From positions 928,001 to 992,000 of the forward strand of contig OZ244561.1 of the NCBI GenBank assembly GCA_965217585.1: 64,000 bases of DNA, read 5' to 3'. The position numbers and the translations under genes were made by a program. The DNA is from Candidatus Latescibacterota bacterium. Its GTDB lineage: Bacteria > Latescibacterota > UBA2968 > UBA8231. Below the pieces are notes generated by a model. It had not been told where the DNA came from. It made no database searches and saw only the letters and a list, made by a program, of their open reading frames with translations. Below are positions 38,338 to 48,078 of the stretch, piece after piece; positions within the stretch are counted from its first letter, which is position 1; each line of letters begins with the position of its first letter.

Positions 38338-39327
38338 CTAGTCCTCAAACGCCGCGTCAAAGGCAATGTCCGAGGGCGGAAAATCGACCTGTTTGACGAA
38401 GGCGGCCGCTTCCGTCGCGCCGTGGACGCGATCCATGCCGCTGTCTTCCCATTCGACCGACAGCGGCCCTTGGTAGTTGATGCGGTTGAGGGCGCGGATG
38501 ATTTCCTCGAAGTCGATATTGCCGCGGCCCAACGAGCGGAAGTCCCAATAGCGCCGACGGTCGCCGAACTCGGTGTGCCCACCGAAGACCCCGGCGTCGG
38601 TCGGCGTCGCGGACCAGCCTACGTCCTTCATGTGGACGTGGAAGATGCGGTCGCTGAAGCGGTAAATGAACTCGACGTAGTCCACGCCCTGGTAGCCGAG
38701 GTGGCTGGGGTCGTAGTTGAAGCCAAAGGCCGGGTGGCCGTCGAGTGCTTGGATGGCGCGCTCGGCCGAGGCAATATCAAAGGCGATTTCCGTGGGATGT
38801 ACCTCTAGCGCGAACTTGACGTCAATCGCTTGGTATTGGTCGAGGATGGGTTTCCAGCGCGCGGCAAAGTCCGCGTACCCAGCCTCGATCATGTCGGGGG
38901 ATACCGGCGGGAATGAATAGAGCAAAGGCCAGATCGAGGAGCCGGTAAAGCCGTTGACCACGTCAACCCCGAGCCGGGCGGCCGCTTGCCCGGTGGCGAT
39001 CATCTCTTCGGCCGCGCGCTGGCGCACGCCCTCTGGGCTGCCGTCGCCGAAGATGCGCGGGGGCAGAATGGCTTGGTGGCGGCTGTCGATGGCGTCGCAC
39101 ACGGCTTGGCCGACGAGGTGATTGGAAATGGAAAACAGCGCTAGATCGCATTTTGCGAGCAGTTCGCGCTTGGCCTGGCAATAGGCATCGGTGGCTTGGT
39201 CAACCTCAAAGTGGTCTCCCCAGCAGGCCAGCTCCAAGCCATCGTAGCCGAATTCAACGGCCTGTTGGCAGAGGGTCTCAATAGGCAGGTCGGCCCACTG
39301 GCCAGTGAAGAGGGTGACGGGTCGCAT
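38338..39327 (-). CDS. Sugar phosphate isomerase/epimerase (xylose-isomerase-like TIM barrel)
   Basis: [44 protein letters not shown]. Confidence 0.9.
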   Translation of the reverse strand: MRPVTLFTGQWADLPIETLCQQAVEFGYDGLELACWGDHFEVDQATDAYCQAKRELLAKCDLALFSISNHLVGQAVCDAIDSRHQAILPPRIFGDGSPEGVRQRAAEEMIATGQAAARLGVDVVNGFTGSSIWPLLYSFPPVSPDMIEAGYADFAARWKPILDQYQAIDVKFALEVHPTEIAFDIASAERAIQALDGHPAFGFNYDPSHLGYQGVDYVEFIYRFSDRIFHVHMKDVGWSATPTDAGVFGGHTEFGDRRRYWDFRSLGRGNIDFEEIIRALNRINYQGPLSVEWEDSGMDRVHGATEAAAFVKQVDFPPSDIAFDAAFED

Positions 39328-39404
39328 TGCAGTCGCTCCTTGTTGGTGTTTGTATGAGAGGGAGTATATACGCCGGTCGCCGCCGGGGTGTCAAGGCCGG
39401 GCCG

Positions 39405-40175
39405 CTAGCGGCTGAGCGACTTTTCCCGCCGCAGGTCGATGTCAAAGATGCGCAGGTAGCGGCCCTGAAACTCGCCGATGACCTCGGGGATCTGGTCCGC
39501 GTCGAGGTCGAGCAGGCCCATGCGTTCGCCAAAAGGCTCGGGCGACTGCCACTCCAAGTCGAAGAAGCGGGCGTCGAACACGTAGCCGTCGTTGAGCACG
39601 ATCTCGTCTTCGTCGTCCCCATCCACATCGCCGATGAGGATCTGATGGGCCGTTAAGTCAGTCTGGTCGCTGCGCCACTGCTCGTACTGGTCGCGGCCGT
39701 CGTACACGATTAAGCGGCCATCGGCACAAAACACGAGCTCGGGCTGGGGATCGTCGTCAATGTCGCCGATGGTCAGGCTGGTAATGCGGGCGTATTCATT
39801 GGGCGAGTTGCTCCACAGGAGCGCGTAGTCCTGAGAGTCGAAGTAATACACGCGGCCGTGGTTGGTATAGGCGACGATTTCGTCGAGCTGGTCGTCGTTG
39901 ATATCGAGGACGAAGACGCCGGCCACGGCCCCTTCGAGATAGTCGCTGTCCCACACCCCGGTATAGGTGCGATCGCGCTCTTCATAGACGTGGATCCGGC
40001 CGTTGTTGTCGCCGAGCACGAGGCGGGCTGGACCTTCGCCCGCGGGCAGGCGCTGGATATTGTCGAATTCGTCTAGGTCGCCGCTATAAGCCGGCCATTC
40101 CGCGGCTTGCCCCGTGCTGGACACGGGGGGAACCAGCCATAACGCGCATAAGATCAACCGCAACATGATAGACAT
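39405..40175 (-). CDS. Secreted FG-GAP/VCBS-like repeat protein
   Basis: Signal peptide; repeats DINDDQLDEI, DIDDDPQPEL, DVDGDDEDEI, DLDADQIPEV. Confidence 0.75.
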   Translation of the reverse strand: MSIMLRLILCALWLVPPVSSTGQAAEWPAYSGDLDEFDNIQRLPAGEGPARLVLGDNNGRIHVYEERDRTYTGVWDSDYLEGAVAGVFVLDINDDQLDEIVAYTNHGRVYYFDSQDYALLWSNSPNEYARITSLTIGDIDDDPQPELVFCADGRLIVYDGRDQYEQWRSDQTDLTAHQILIGDVDGDDEDEIVLNDGYVFDARFFDLEWQSPEPFGERMGLLDLDADQIPEVIGEFQGRYLRIFDIDLRREKSLSR

Positions 40176-41386
40176 TACTCCTTGGTGGCGGCCGCGCGAG
40201 CGGCCTCATATACGGAGAGCAAGGGCACTTGGTGCTCTTGGGCTAGCCGTGCGCAGTCCTCGTATTCAGGGGCGGCGCGGCGGCGTCCGTCTATACAGCT
40301 AAACTTGACGCCGACCTCCCCGTACGGCGTGGCAACGGTGCGGATCTGGCGTTCCAAGACGCGGCGTTCCACCCCGTAGTAGCGCAGGCCGATGGTAGTC
40401 GTTTCTTGCAGGACGATCGCGGCTAGCTCGTCCAAGCGGCCCACTGGAGCGAGGACGCTGAGGACGTTGCCTGGGCGGCCCTTCTTCATGAGGACCGGCG
40501 TGGCGTACACGTCGCACGCGCCCTGCGCTAGCAGCCGGTCGAAGAGGTAACCGTACACTTCTGGATTCATGTCGTCGATATTGGCTTCGATCAGCAGGAC
40601 GCGCTCGCTGGCCGGCGTACGCTCACCCAAACGCAGGCGCAATAGATTGGGGATGGCCTCTAAGTCGCGGCGGCCCGCGCCATAGCCGACGGCCTGTTGG
40701 CAAAAGGGCGGCTGTGGCCCAAAGGAACTAGCCAAAGTGGTGATAATCGCCGCCCCGGTCGGGGTGACGAGCTCGGCGCGGATATCGGTCTGTTCGGTCG
40801 GCACGTCGCGGCATAAGGCCAAGACCCCGGGCACGGGCACCGGATAGCGCCCGTGCGCACAGCGCACAAAACCCGTGCCAAAGCGCAGGGGCGAAGCGCA
40901 GACTTCGTCCACCTCCAAAAGTTGGAGGCCAGCCACGGCCCCTACTACGTCTATCAGGGCGTCGAGGGCTCCCACTTCGTGCAGGGCCACTTCGGCGGGC
41001 GCGGCGTTGTGCACCTCGGCTTCGGCTGCACACAGGCGCTCAAATACGCGGATGGAGCGTTCCTTGACGACGCTGTCTAAGCGGCTGTCGTCAATGCGGC
41101 TAGTTATATCTTTGAGGTGAGCGTGCGCGTGAGCGTGCGTGTGTTCGCCAGACAGGTCGAGATGGTGCTCGGCGTCGGCCAAAGGTGCACCGGCCACGCA
41201 GACTTTGGCGCGGGTGGCGGCAATGGCGTGCCGGGCGGTGGGTTCGCGTTCAATGGCGACGTCCTGTACGCCCAGCTTGGCGATTTCTCGGTTGAGGTCC
41301 TCTAGCGCGAGACCAGCGTCGAGCAGGGCACCCAAGATCATGTCGCCGCTGATACCTGAGAAACAGTCGAAATAGGCGATTTTCAT
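40175..41386 (-). CDS. larC: Nickel pincer cofactor biosynthesis protein LarC
   Basis: YFDCFSGISGDM, His-rich linker, HEVGALD, TPTGAA, EANIDD, MKKGRPG, ETTTIG, PEYEDC. Confidence 0.92.
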   Translation of the reverse strand: MKIAYFDCFSGISGDMILGALLDAGLALEDLNREIAKLGVQDVAIEREPTARHAIAATRAKVCVAGAPLADAEHHLDLSGEHTHAHAHAHLKDITSRIDDSRLDSVVKERSIRVFERLCAAEAEVHNAAPAEVALHEVGALDALIDVVGAVAGLQLLEVDEVCASPLRFGTGFVRCAHGRYPVPVPGVLALCRDVPTEQTDIRAELVTPTGAAIITTLASSFGPQPPFCQQAVGYGAGRRDLEAIPNLLRLRLGERTPASERVLLIEANIDDMNPEVYGYLFDRLLAQGACDVYATPVLMKKGRPGNVLSVLAPVGRLDELAAIVLQETTTIGLRYYGVERRVLERQIRTVATPYGEVGVKFSCIDGRRRAAPEYEDCARLAQEHQVPLLSVYEAARAAATKE

Positions 41387-41401
41387 CTTCGCGTCTCGCG
41401 C

Positions 41402-41881
41402 TCAGGGCAGGCGCTTGAGGTCGGCCTTGCGCTTCTTCCAGTCGAATTCTTCGGCAAAGTCATACACATCGACGAAGTCTTCAATCCGGTCCTCATCTGT
41501 CTTACGCAGCAAATTCGCGCCGACCAAGTTGAAGACAATCTCGCCGAAATCGCGCGTTTGCTCGATGCCCCAGTGGGCAAAGACCGAGCAGGTGAGCGGC
41601 CCAAATTGATCGGCGCTGTACTCGCTGATGCCGAGTAGCAGATCCCGGCCGGAAATGTGCCGCTTCTCTTCGGTCAAGGCGTCCTTGTCCCCTAAAAATT
41701 CGGCCGACGCTTGGGGAAGTCCACCAATGTGCCGCTTCTCTTCGGTCAAGGCGTCCTTGTCCTTGCCGAGCCTTTGCACCGTGTATTCTAGCGCATCGTA
41801 CACAAAGAGATACGCATCGCTCTTATAGCGACCGTCGTGCTCGGCCAGATTTTCGATTTCTTGCAGCGCTTTTGGTTCCAT
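41402..41881 (-). CDS. Minf_1886-like conserved protein
   Basis: AYLFVYDAL, RHISGRDLL, FGPL, WGI, DFGEIVFNLV, EDF. Confidence 0.78.
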   Translation of the reverse strand: MEPKALQEIENLAEHDGRYKSDAYLFVYDALEYTVQRLGKDKDALTEEKRHIGGLPQASAEFLGDKDALTEEKRHISGRDLLLGISEYSADQFGPLTCSVFAHWGIEQTRDFGEIVFNLVGANLLRKTDEDRIEDFVDVYDFAEEFDWKKRKADLKRLP

Positions 41882-41900
41882 CGCAAGAGGGCCAATAAAA

Positions 41901-43226
41901 CTAGAGCGGTGCGGATGTCAAGGTCGAGGCGAGACGCCAAGTGCGCGGACCAAGCGCGAGGACGTGCAAGAGCGCGTCGCGCTTGTGGACGAAGTCGGGC
42001 AACAGGTCGTCGGCTAGGGTTGGGACGACACTGCCTGTGTTGATGTGTTCGGGATTGATGTGGTGGCCGTCTTTGATGATTTCGTAGTGCAGGTGGGGGC
42101 CGCTCGCGAGTCCTGTAGAACCAACTTTGCCGATGATATCTTTCTGCTGTACGAGCTCGCCCTTGCGAACCAATATCTTGCTCAGGTGCGCGTAGCGGGT
42201 GCGGTAGCCATTGGAATGAACGATTTCGACCAGCTTGCCGTAGCCGCCTTTCCAGCCGGCGTACGCGACCTTCCCTCGGGCTGTAGTCCACACTGGGGTG
42301 CCGGTCCGCGCACCGTAGTCCGTGCCCAGATGGGGGCGTTGCTTTTTGTGGATGGGATGGAAGCGTTGGCGGTTGAAGCGCGAGGTGATGCGATTGACCC
42401 CGAGGGGCTTGAGTACGAACATCCGGCCGAGAGAGCGGCCGCTGGCGTTGTAATAAGCGTCCTCCCCCTCGGCGGAAGCATAGCGGACCGCCAACTCGGT
42501 CACTCTTTCGCCTTCGTAGCGCGCCAAGAGGACGTGGCCGTAGCGGATGAAGCGCCCTTCCATGTAGAGCTTTTCAAAGACGATACCGAGCCGATCGCCG
42601 CGGCGCGGGTCGCGCTGAAAGTCGATGACTGCGCCAAATATGTCATCGGCGAGCACGTCGCTGAGCGCGCTGCCTTCCCCGGCTGCGCTGATGGCGTTGG
42701 AGAGATTGTCCTTGATGCGCACTTCGAGCCGCTCGACCCGTCGATCCAGCGGCAGCTGCAACTGGTGGCCAACAAACTGACCATCGCGCAGCTCCACCTC
42801 GATTGGGCGATCCGGGGTGCGGTGGGGCGTGTAGCGGAAGCGACGAATGGCATCGCTGGTATCGATTACAACCTCGTAGTAGTCGCCCGGCTTGACTCGC
42901 GCGGGGTCAAAGACCGCGTATAACGCTTGGTACAGCAGCTCCAATTGACCACTCGGGACGTGGTGCTTGAGCGAGCGGTCGATGGAATCCCCTTGGCGCA
43001 GCGCGGCGGCAATCGTCCGCGTGGGATCGTCGGGCGGGGGCGGAATCGGCGGGCCGACAAAGGGCGGCTCCCAAACTGCGGCCGAAGCGACCGGAGCAAA
43101 GGCTACTTCCTCGAGGTGGGCGGCTGCGGCCGCCGAGTGCTGAGAGGACATCCCCAAGCGCAGCGCCATAAGCGCGAGGCTGCTCAAGAGGATGCCCCAG
43201 AACCAGATGGCAAATCCAAATCGCAT
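41901..43226 (-). CDS. M23 family peptidase (Csd3/MepM-like)
   Basis: N-terminal TM, HLGTDY, YRTRYAHL, GSTGLASGPHLHY. Confidence 0.9.
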   Translation of the reverse strand: MRFGFAIWFWGILLSSLALMALRLGMSSQHSAAAAAHLEEVAFAPVASAAVWEPPFVGPPIPPPPDDPTRTIAAALRQGDSIDRSLKHHVPSGQLELLYQALYAVFDPARVKPGDYYEVVIDTSDAIRRFRYTPHRTPDRPIEVELRDGQFVGHQLQLPLDRRVERLEVRIKDNLSNAISAAGEGSALSDVLADDIFGAVIDFQRDPRRGDRLGIVFEKLYMEGRFIRYGHVLLARYEGERVTELAVRYASAEGEDAYYNASGRSLGRMFVLKPLGVNRITSRFNRQRFHPIHKKQRPHLGTDYGARTGTPVWTTARGKVAYAGWKGGYGKLVEIVHSNGYRTRYAHLSKILVRKGELVQQKDIIGKVGSTGLASGPHLHYEIIKDGHHINPEHINTGSVVPTLADDLLPDFVHKRDALLHVLALGPRTWRLASTLTSAPL

Positions 43227-43284
43227 ATGCAAAATCTATGGGGGAGAAAAATAAAGGGCTGACAACGGTTGGGGAGGGGAACCG

Positions 43285-43337
43285 TTGACCAATATCAGCA
43301 AACCTTTAACATATATATTTTAACATTTAAGCGTCAA
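43285..43337. promoter_or_regulatory. Overlapping divergent sigma70-like promoters (rlmN on +, M23 gene on -)
   Basis: + strand TTGACC-16-TAACAT; - strand TTGACG with an AT-rich -10; TTTAACAT direct repeat. Confidence 0.45.
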
Positions 43338-43348
43338 GGACTTTTAAC

Positions 43349-44410
43349 GTGGCTAGTCGGCTCTACGACCTAAAAGCTATGCTGCCCGTCGAACTCGACC
43401 GACTCGTCGGCGAGCTCGACGAACCGGCGTACCGCACCCGTCAGATCTTCGATTGGCTCTACGCCAAGGGCGTGCGCGACGTATGCGAGATGACCAATGT
43501 CTCCAAAACTTTGCGGGACAAGCTCGCCGAGCGGACGCGCATTACTTGCCTGAACCTCGTCAAGCGCCAAGAGTCGGCCACGGGCGAGGCCGTCAAATTC
43601 CTCTTTGAGCTGCCCACCGGGCAGCGGATCGAGTCCGTGCTGATCGTCGATGGCACCCGGCGCACGGCGTGCCTGTCGTCGCAAGTGGGCTGTCCGCTCG
43701 ACTGCAAGTTCTGCGCCACCGGGCGAATGGGGATGATAGCCAACCTCGAAGCCGGGCAGATCGTCGATCAGCTCTTGCAGGTGAACCACTTCGCCCGTGG
43801 GCGGGGCGAGAAGGTGACCAATGTGGTGATGATGGGGATGGGCGAACCGCTGCTCAACTACTCGGCGGTCGCGCGCGCCCTAAAGCTAATGCGCCTAAAA
43901 GAGGGCATTGGGTTGGGGGGGCGGAAAGTCACGGTGTCCACTGCGGGTTACATCCCGGGCATCCGCCGGCTCATGGCCGAAGATCTCAACGTGGGGTTGG
44001 CCATTTCGCTCAACGCCACGACCGACGAGATACGCGAACAGCTCATGCCGATCAACCGCAAGTACAAAATCGCCGACCTCTTGGCGGTCGCACGCGAATT
44101 TTTCGCCTGTCGCGGCTACGGTGTCACCTTTGAATACGTGCTCATGGCCGGGTTGACCGATGCAGATGCAGACGCGCGGCGACTGGCCGAACTGACCCGC
44201 GACATTCCCTGCAAGATCAACCTCATACCCTACAACGAAACGGATGCGGACCGCCGCTTCCGCCGGCCAGCCCGCCGGCGCTTAGAGCAGTTTTACCAAG
44301 TACTCAGAGGCTGCGGCGTCGAGTTTACCGTGCGCCACAGCCGCGGGCGGGACATCGACGCGGCCTGCGGTCAGCTCTATCACCAACAAAAAAATGAGTT
44401 GGAGTCGTGA
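43349..44410 (+). CDS. rlmN: 23S rRNA m2A2503 / tRNA m2A37 methyltransferase RlmN
   Basis: CLSSQVGCPLDCKFCATG, MGMGEP, NLIPYN, RGRDIDAACGQL. Confidence 0.96.
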   Translation: MASRLYDLKAMLPVELDRLVGELDEPAYRTRQIFDWLYAKGVRDVCEMTNVSKTLRDKLAERTRITCLNLVKRQESATGEAVKFLFELPTGQRIESVLIVDGTRRTACLSSQVGCPLDCKFCATGRMGMIANLEAGQIVDQLLQVNHFARGRGEKVTNVVMMGMGEPLLNYSAVARALKLMRLKEGIGLGGRKVTVSTAGYIPGIRRLMAEDLNVGLAISLNATTDEIREQLMPINRKYKIADLLAVAREFFACRGYGVTFEYVLMAGLTDADADARRLAELTRDIPCKINLIPYNETDADRRFRRPARRRLEQFYQVLRGCGVEFTVRHSRGRDIDAACGQLYHQQKNELES

Positions 44411-44928
44411 ACTTCAGAGGCCATGTCTTGGGAGGAGCCGTCGCGAGCAGCGCAGTGGCGGCGGGCGCGGTTTACTTGGGCTATGTTGCGCCCGATGACC
44501 TGACGACTCAAGCCGCCGTCGGCGGCACCGCGCTATTCTTCTCCCTTTTTCCCGACTTGGACACGGCTTCGGTGGCGCAGCGATGGTTTTTCCGCGGCGT
44601 CTTCTGCACCTTGCTCTATCTGGGCTGGACCGAACACTACGAGTTGGCGACTATAGTAGGCGTCTTGTGCGTCCTACCGCTTTTGGATCACCACCGAGGC
44701 TGGACGCACTGGAAAATCAGCCCATTCATCACCGTCGGGTTGCTGGGCACGACCTACGAGTACTGGCGAGCGCGGCAGGCCTTTCTCGGGGAATTTAACT
44801 GGGACAACGTACAAACCCTGCTGGAAGGGCACTGGGTTTTCTTTATTGCCTGCATCGCCGGTTGGTACACCCACCTATTGTTAGACGGGCGCTTCAAGGT
44901 GTTCCCCACCAGCCAAGACCACCACTGA
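44407..44928 (+). CDS. Membrane-bound metal-dependent hydrolase (YdjM-like)
   Basis: GH, FPDLD, HRGWTH, HLLLD motifs. Confidence 0.8.
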   Translation: MNFRGHVLGGAVASSAVAAGAVYLGYVAPDDLTTQAAVGGTALFFSLFPDLDTASVAQRWFFRGVFCTLLYLGWTEHYELATIVGVLCVLPLLDHHRGWTHWKISPFITVGLLGTTYEYWRARQAFLGEFNWDNVQTLLEGHWVFFIACIAGWYTHLLLDGRFKVFPTSQDHH

Positions 44929-44934
44929 GGCGGC

Positions 44935-45309
44935 TCAGTCGCACTCGGCCTTGGCGTCTTTATCTTTATTCTTGCTGACGAATTTCTTGATCTTGGCGAT
45001 GGCCTCGGGTAGCAATCCGATGATCTGACCCCAACCGGCCTCCTGCTCGCCGATGGACGCCACCTGCACCCTGCCGTCGGCATCGACGATGAGGAAGGCG
45101 ATAGGTTCGATGTTCGCGCCGCCACCCGTCCCGCTCTGCCCCTTGCCCTCCAGCCCCCCGCCGGCTCCAAAGCCAAACGATATTTTCGATACCGGAATAA
45201 TGGTCAAGTCGCCGGACTGAAACGGCTCCCCGATAACGGTTTCGGTTTGCACGATGCGGTGCAATTCGCCTAGGACGCGCTCGACTAGGGATTCTACAGA
45301 CGATGCCAT
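44935..45309 (-). CDS. YtfJ/GerW family protein
   Basis: TETVIGEP, IIPVSKISFGFGAGGG, GGGANIEPIAFL. Confidence 0.88.
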   Translation of the reverse strand: MASSVESLVERVLGELHRIVQTETVIGEPFQSGDLTIIPVSKISFGFGAGGGLEGKGQSGTGGGANIEPIAFLIVDADGRVQVASIGEQEAGWGQIIGLLPEAIAKIKKFVSKNKDKDAKAECD

Positions 45310-45324
45310 GAAAAACTCCTCGAC

Positions 45325-45981
45325 TTAGATCGGGGTGCGGAAGCGCGCGGCCAACAAGCGGTATGCCGCCCGCGAGCCAAAGCGCCCCAAGAGCAAAATT
45401 AATAAGCCCAAGTGCAAATGAGCGACCAAGTCCAAGCGGCCAAAGGCCCCTGTGTGCACAAAATCCGGGCTGACGTTTATTTGGACCTTTCCCTTGCGCC
45501 CTGCAACCCCCTGCAAATAGCCATAGATTCGCCCGGTTTGGGCCGGATCGGCAAAGCCTAAGCGGCCCTGGATTCGCAGCCTTTTGAGCCAAATGATACG
45601 CGGCAAGCTCGCCAATAGCCCAAGACTGGGCTTGACCAGCAGGCGCACAAGCGCGCGCAGGTTCCGCTCGCGGGCTTTGGGCGCGGCCTCTTGCTCGGCT
45701 TTTCGCCGTGTTTTTGGCCTCCGCTTTACTCGGGTTCGCAGCGGCAGCGAGGGGTACGGCAGGAATTGGCCCAAGAGCACAGGCGCGATGCAAAGGCCCT
45801 TAGGGCTCCATCGCAGACCAAGCCCTAGCCCTCCCCAAAAAAAGGACAGTCGCACTCCCCATTCCCAAGACTCCGGAAGGGCCTCGCGCCGGCAGCGCAA
45901 GGCAAGGGTCATAGGGGCGCACAACGCGCCGAGTCCGAGCGCGCCAAACGCGCCGAGCGCGGGAAATAGCCAATCTAGCAT
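45325..45981 (-). CDS. DUF2953-like membrane-anchored protein
   Basis: GRLGFADPAQTGRIYG and VSPDF; located upstream of the ytfJ-like gene. Confidence 0.7.
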   Translation of the reverse strand: MLDWLFPALGAFGALGLGALCAPMTLALRCRREALPESWEWGVRLSFFWGGLGLGLRWSPKGLCIAPVLLGQFLPYPSLPLRTRVKRRPKTRRKAEQEAAPKARERNLRALVRLLVKPSLGLLASLPRIIWLKRLRIQGRLGFADPAQTGRIYGYLQGVAGRKGKVQINVSPDFVHTGAFGRLDLVAHLHLGLLILLLGRFGSRAAYRLLAARFRTPI

Positions 45982-46157
45982 GAAGAGGGGCGCGGCCTTT
46001 TCTGCCACACCGCGTTCCAATCCGTGCGTCCAGTAAACTGCATGATGGCGAACAAGGTGACAATGCACAACAGGGCGATGGCCAAGCTAGTGTACAACCT
46101 ATCGGAGCGCACGGGTTCAGTCAAGCCTTTCTAAGGATGCGGACAGGGTCTCCCGCC

Positions 46158-46186
46158 TTGACAGCACCCGCGTCGTATGTTAGGCT
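46158..46186 (+). promoter_or_regulatory. Sigma70 promoter with extended -10
   Basis: TTGACA-17bp (ending TGT)-TAGGCT. Confidence 0.65.
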
Positions 46187-46275
46187 TGAATTGGACGTAA
46201 GTTACAGTTAAAAAGTAAGTTAGGCTTTTTGGCCAAGGGGCCAGCACACGGCAATAGCGACGAGGAACGAACCGA

Positions 46276-48057
46276 ATGGCAACCCGAGGGACAGTAGGAA
46301 GGCGCGGCCTTCAGAACGGAGAAAGCTATGGCAATTATTGGCGCGGGCTAGGGGTGGTCATCGCGCTGTGGGCGGCAGTAGTGCCGGCGAGCGCCCGCTC
46401 GACGCTCAGTGCCCGCCTAGACCAACCGGCGATTGCCGGGCCAGCGTTGGATCAGCAGTCCATCCTCTATCTGCACTACTTTCCCGGCGATGGCGAAGCC
46501 ATAGTAAGCGCGGAGCTAAAGTGCCTTGGGAACGCGCGGTTGCACAACGCCCGCTCGGCACTAGGCCAAGCGCAGCTAGCGGAAGCGTCAATCGGCATAG
46601 ACTATGCAGCGCGACCTTTGGCCGGGGAACACATCGATACCCTCTACATCGACCTAGTCGCCGCCGAGGTGGGAAAAATCGGCTGGTCCGCGGCGATCTA
46701 CTCCTCGCTTGAACCACAGGGCGCTCCGGCCCATCAGGTCGAATTCGACCTAGCGGTGCGCCCGCCGCCGGCCGTTTCTTGGTCCATTGAGCCGCAGCGG
46801 GTCTATCAGGGCGAGCGCTTTGACTTGCGCGCTATTGTGCATTTTGACGCGGCCTCCGGTGCACCGTTAGAAGAGCTGAGTTGGAGCTGGCCGCCGGAAC
46901 TGAGCTGGCCGGAGGGCGACACCCCGCAGCGCTGGGAGGGCAGCTTGGCCCCCGGACAGGCCGACACGCTCTCTTGGGTGGTTCGCGTGGCTCCGGCCCA
47001 CCTCGGCCCCCTGCCATTGGCGGTCACTGGGCGGGTCGCCGGCCAGAGTCCAGTGGACTTGGCAACCCAGTACCTGCAGGTGGATCCGCTGCCCGTGATG
47101 GCATTGGAACCTGGGTTTATGATGGCGTTGGGGCCTGGGTTTATGGAGGTAGGCAAGCGCGGGCCAATCACCTGCATATGGCGCAACGAGAGCGCCAACC
47201 CCATCGGCCTCGCGGCCCTGCGTCTGCAAGTTGCGCCGGCGTTCTCGGATGTCTCCTTGGTGAAAGGGCCGCCGGGCGCAACTCTCGTACAGAGCGACGA
47301 GGACGCCGCACCCAGCCTGCTGGTGAGCGGCTTGGATAGCTTGGACGCGGGCGCGGCGATCCGGGTGACGCTCGAAGCGGTGCCGCAGCGCCCGGGGCCT
47401 TTTACTTGGCAGAGTGCCTGTAAGCCCGTGGGGCGAGAGCAGTTCATCCCCCTGCGCGGCGCGAACACGATCCGCGTGGTGTGGGAAGGAACGGCCCAAG
47501 CTCGAGGCGGCGCAAAGCAAACGCCCACGGACTTGCAGTTGATCAACCAAGCCTTTGTCCTCGCCCTAGACCACCAAATGGATGCCTTGCCCCTATCCCC
47601 GGGCACGCGGCTTTTCCTCCAGGCCGAAGACCACAAAAACGAGGCCAATTGGGTCGTCGAGGACGCCCTGATCGAGGCATTGCAGAGGCGGGGCTATCAG
47701 GTGCTAGTGCGCCAGCCGGAAGACGCGCCAGCCGACGTGGTGTACTATCGACTGGTCAGGGCGCGAGTGATGTACTCGCCGGCGTCCCGGCGGCTACTCC
47801 CCTGGAGCAACAAGCTGCGGCGCGAGGCGTATGGCGATCTCTTTCTCAGAGTCGAAACTACTGCCGACCGCATCGTGCGCTGGGACCGCCGCGTCCAAGC
47901 CTATAGCTCGGACATGGTGCCCAAGGGGTTGGAAGGGGTCTTAGGCGGGGGAGACATGGTCGAACAAACGGTACTCAGACCAGAAAACAAGGCCATCGTG
48001 CGCGGCCTATCGGCCGGCATTCTCGGCGGGCTGTTCTACATCTTCTTCGTTTTGTGA
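46276..48057 (+). CDS. Exported hypothetical protein with Ig-like segments and a C-terminal TM anchor
   Basis: GAGGA RBS, signal-like segment VVIALWAAVVPASA, terminal AGILGGLFYIFFVL. Confidence 0.7.
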   Translation: MATRGTVGRRGLQNGESYGNYWRGLGVVIALWAAVVPASARSTLSARLDQPAIAGPALDQQSILYLHYFPGDGEAIVSAELKCLGNARLHNARSALGQAQLAEASIGIDYAARPLAGEHIDTLYIDLVAAEVGKIGWSAAIYSSLEPQGAPAHQVEFDLAVRPPPAVSWSIEPQRVYQGERFDLRAIVHFDAASGAPLEELSWSWPPELSWPEGDTPQRWEGSLAPGQADTLSWVVRVAPAHLGPLPLAVTGRVAGQSPVDLATQYLQVDPLPVMALEPGFMMALGPGFMEVGKRGPITCIWRNESANPIGLAALRLQVAPAFSDVSLVKGPPGATLVQSDEDAAPSLLVSGLDSLDAGAAIRVTLEAVPQRPGPFTWQSACKPVGREQFIPLRGANTIRVVWEGTAQARGGAKQTPTDLQLINQAFVLALDHQMDALPLSPGTRLFLQAEDHKNEANWVVEDALIEALQRRGYQVLVRQPEDAPADVVYYRLVRARVMYSPASRRLLPWSNKLRREAYGDLFLRVETTADRIVRWDRRVQAYSSDMVPKGLEGVLGGGDMVEQTVLRPENKAIVRGLSAGILGGLFYIFFVL

Positions 48058-48078
48058 TCTTCAGAAGCTGTCTGGACT

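Noticed and set aside
38277-38582. N-terminal extension of the dppA ORF
   Set aside because: Overlaps the epimerase gene and has a non-protein-like composition
41654-41762. Mini CRISPR array (37-bp repeat, 35-bp spacer)
   Set aside because: Only two units, non-palindromic, in frame inside a conserved CDS, with no cas genes or leader; kept only as an insertion finding
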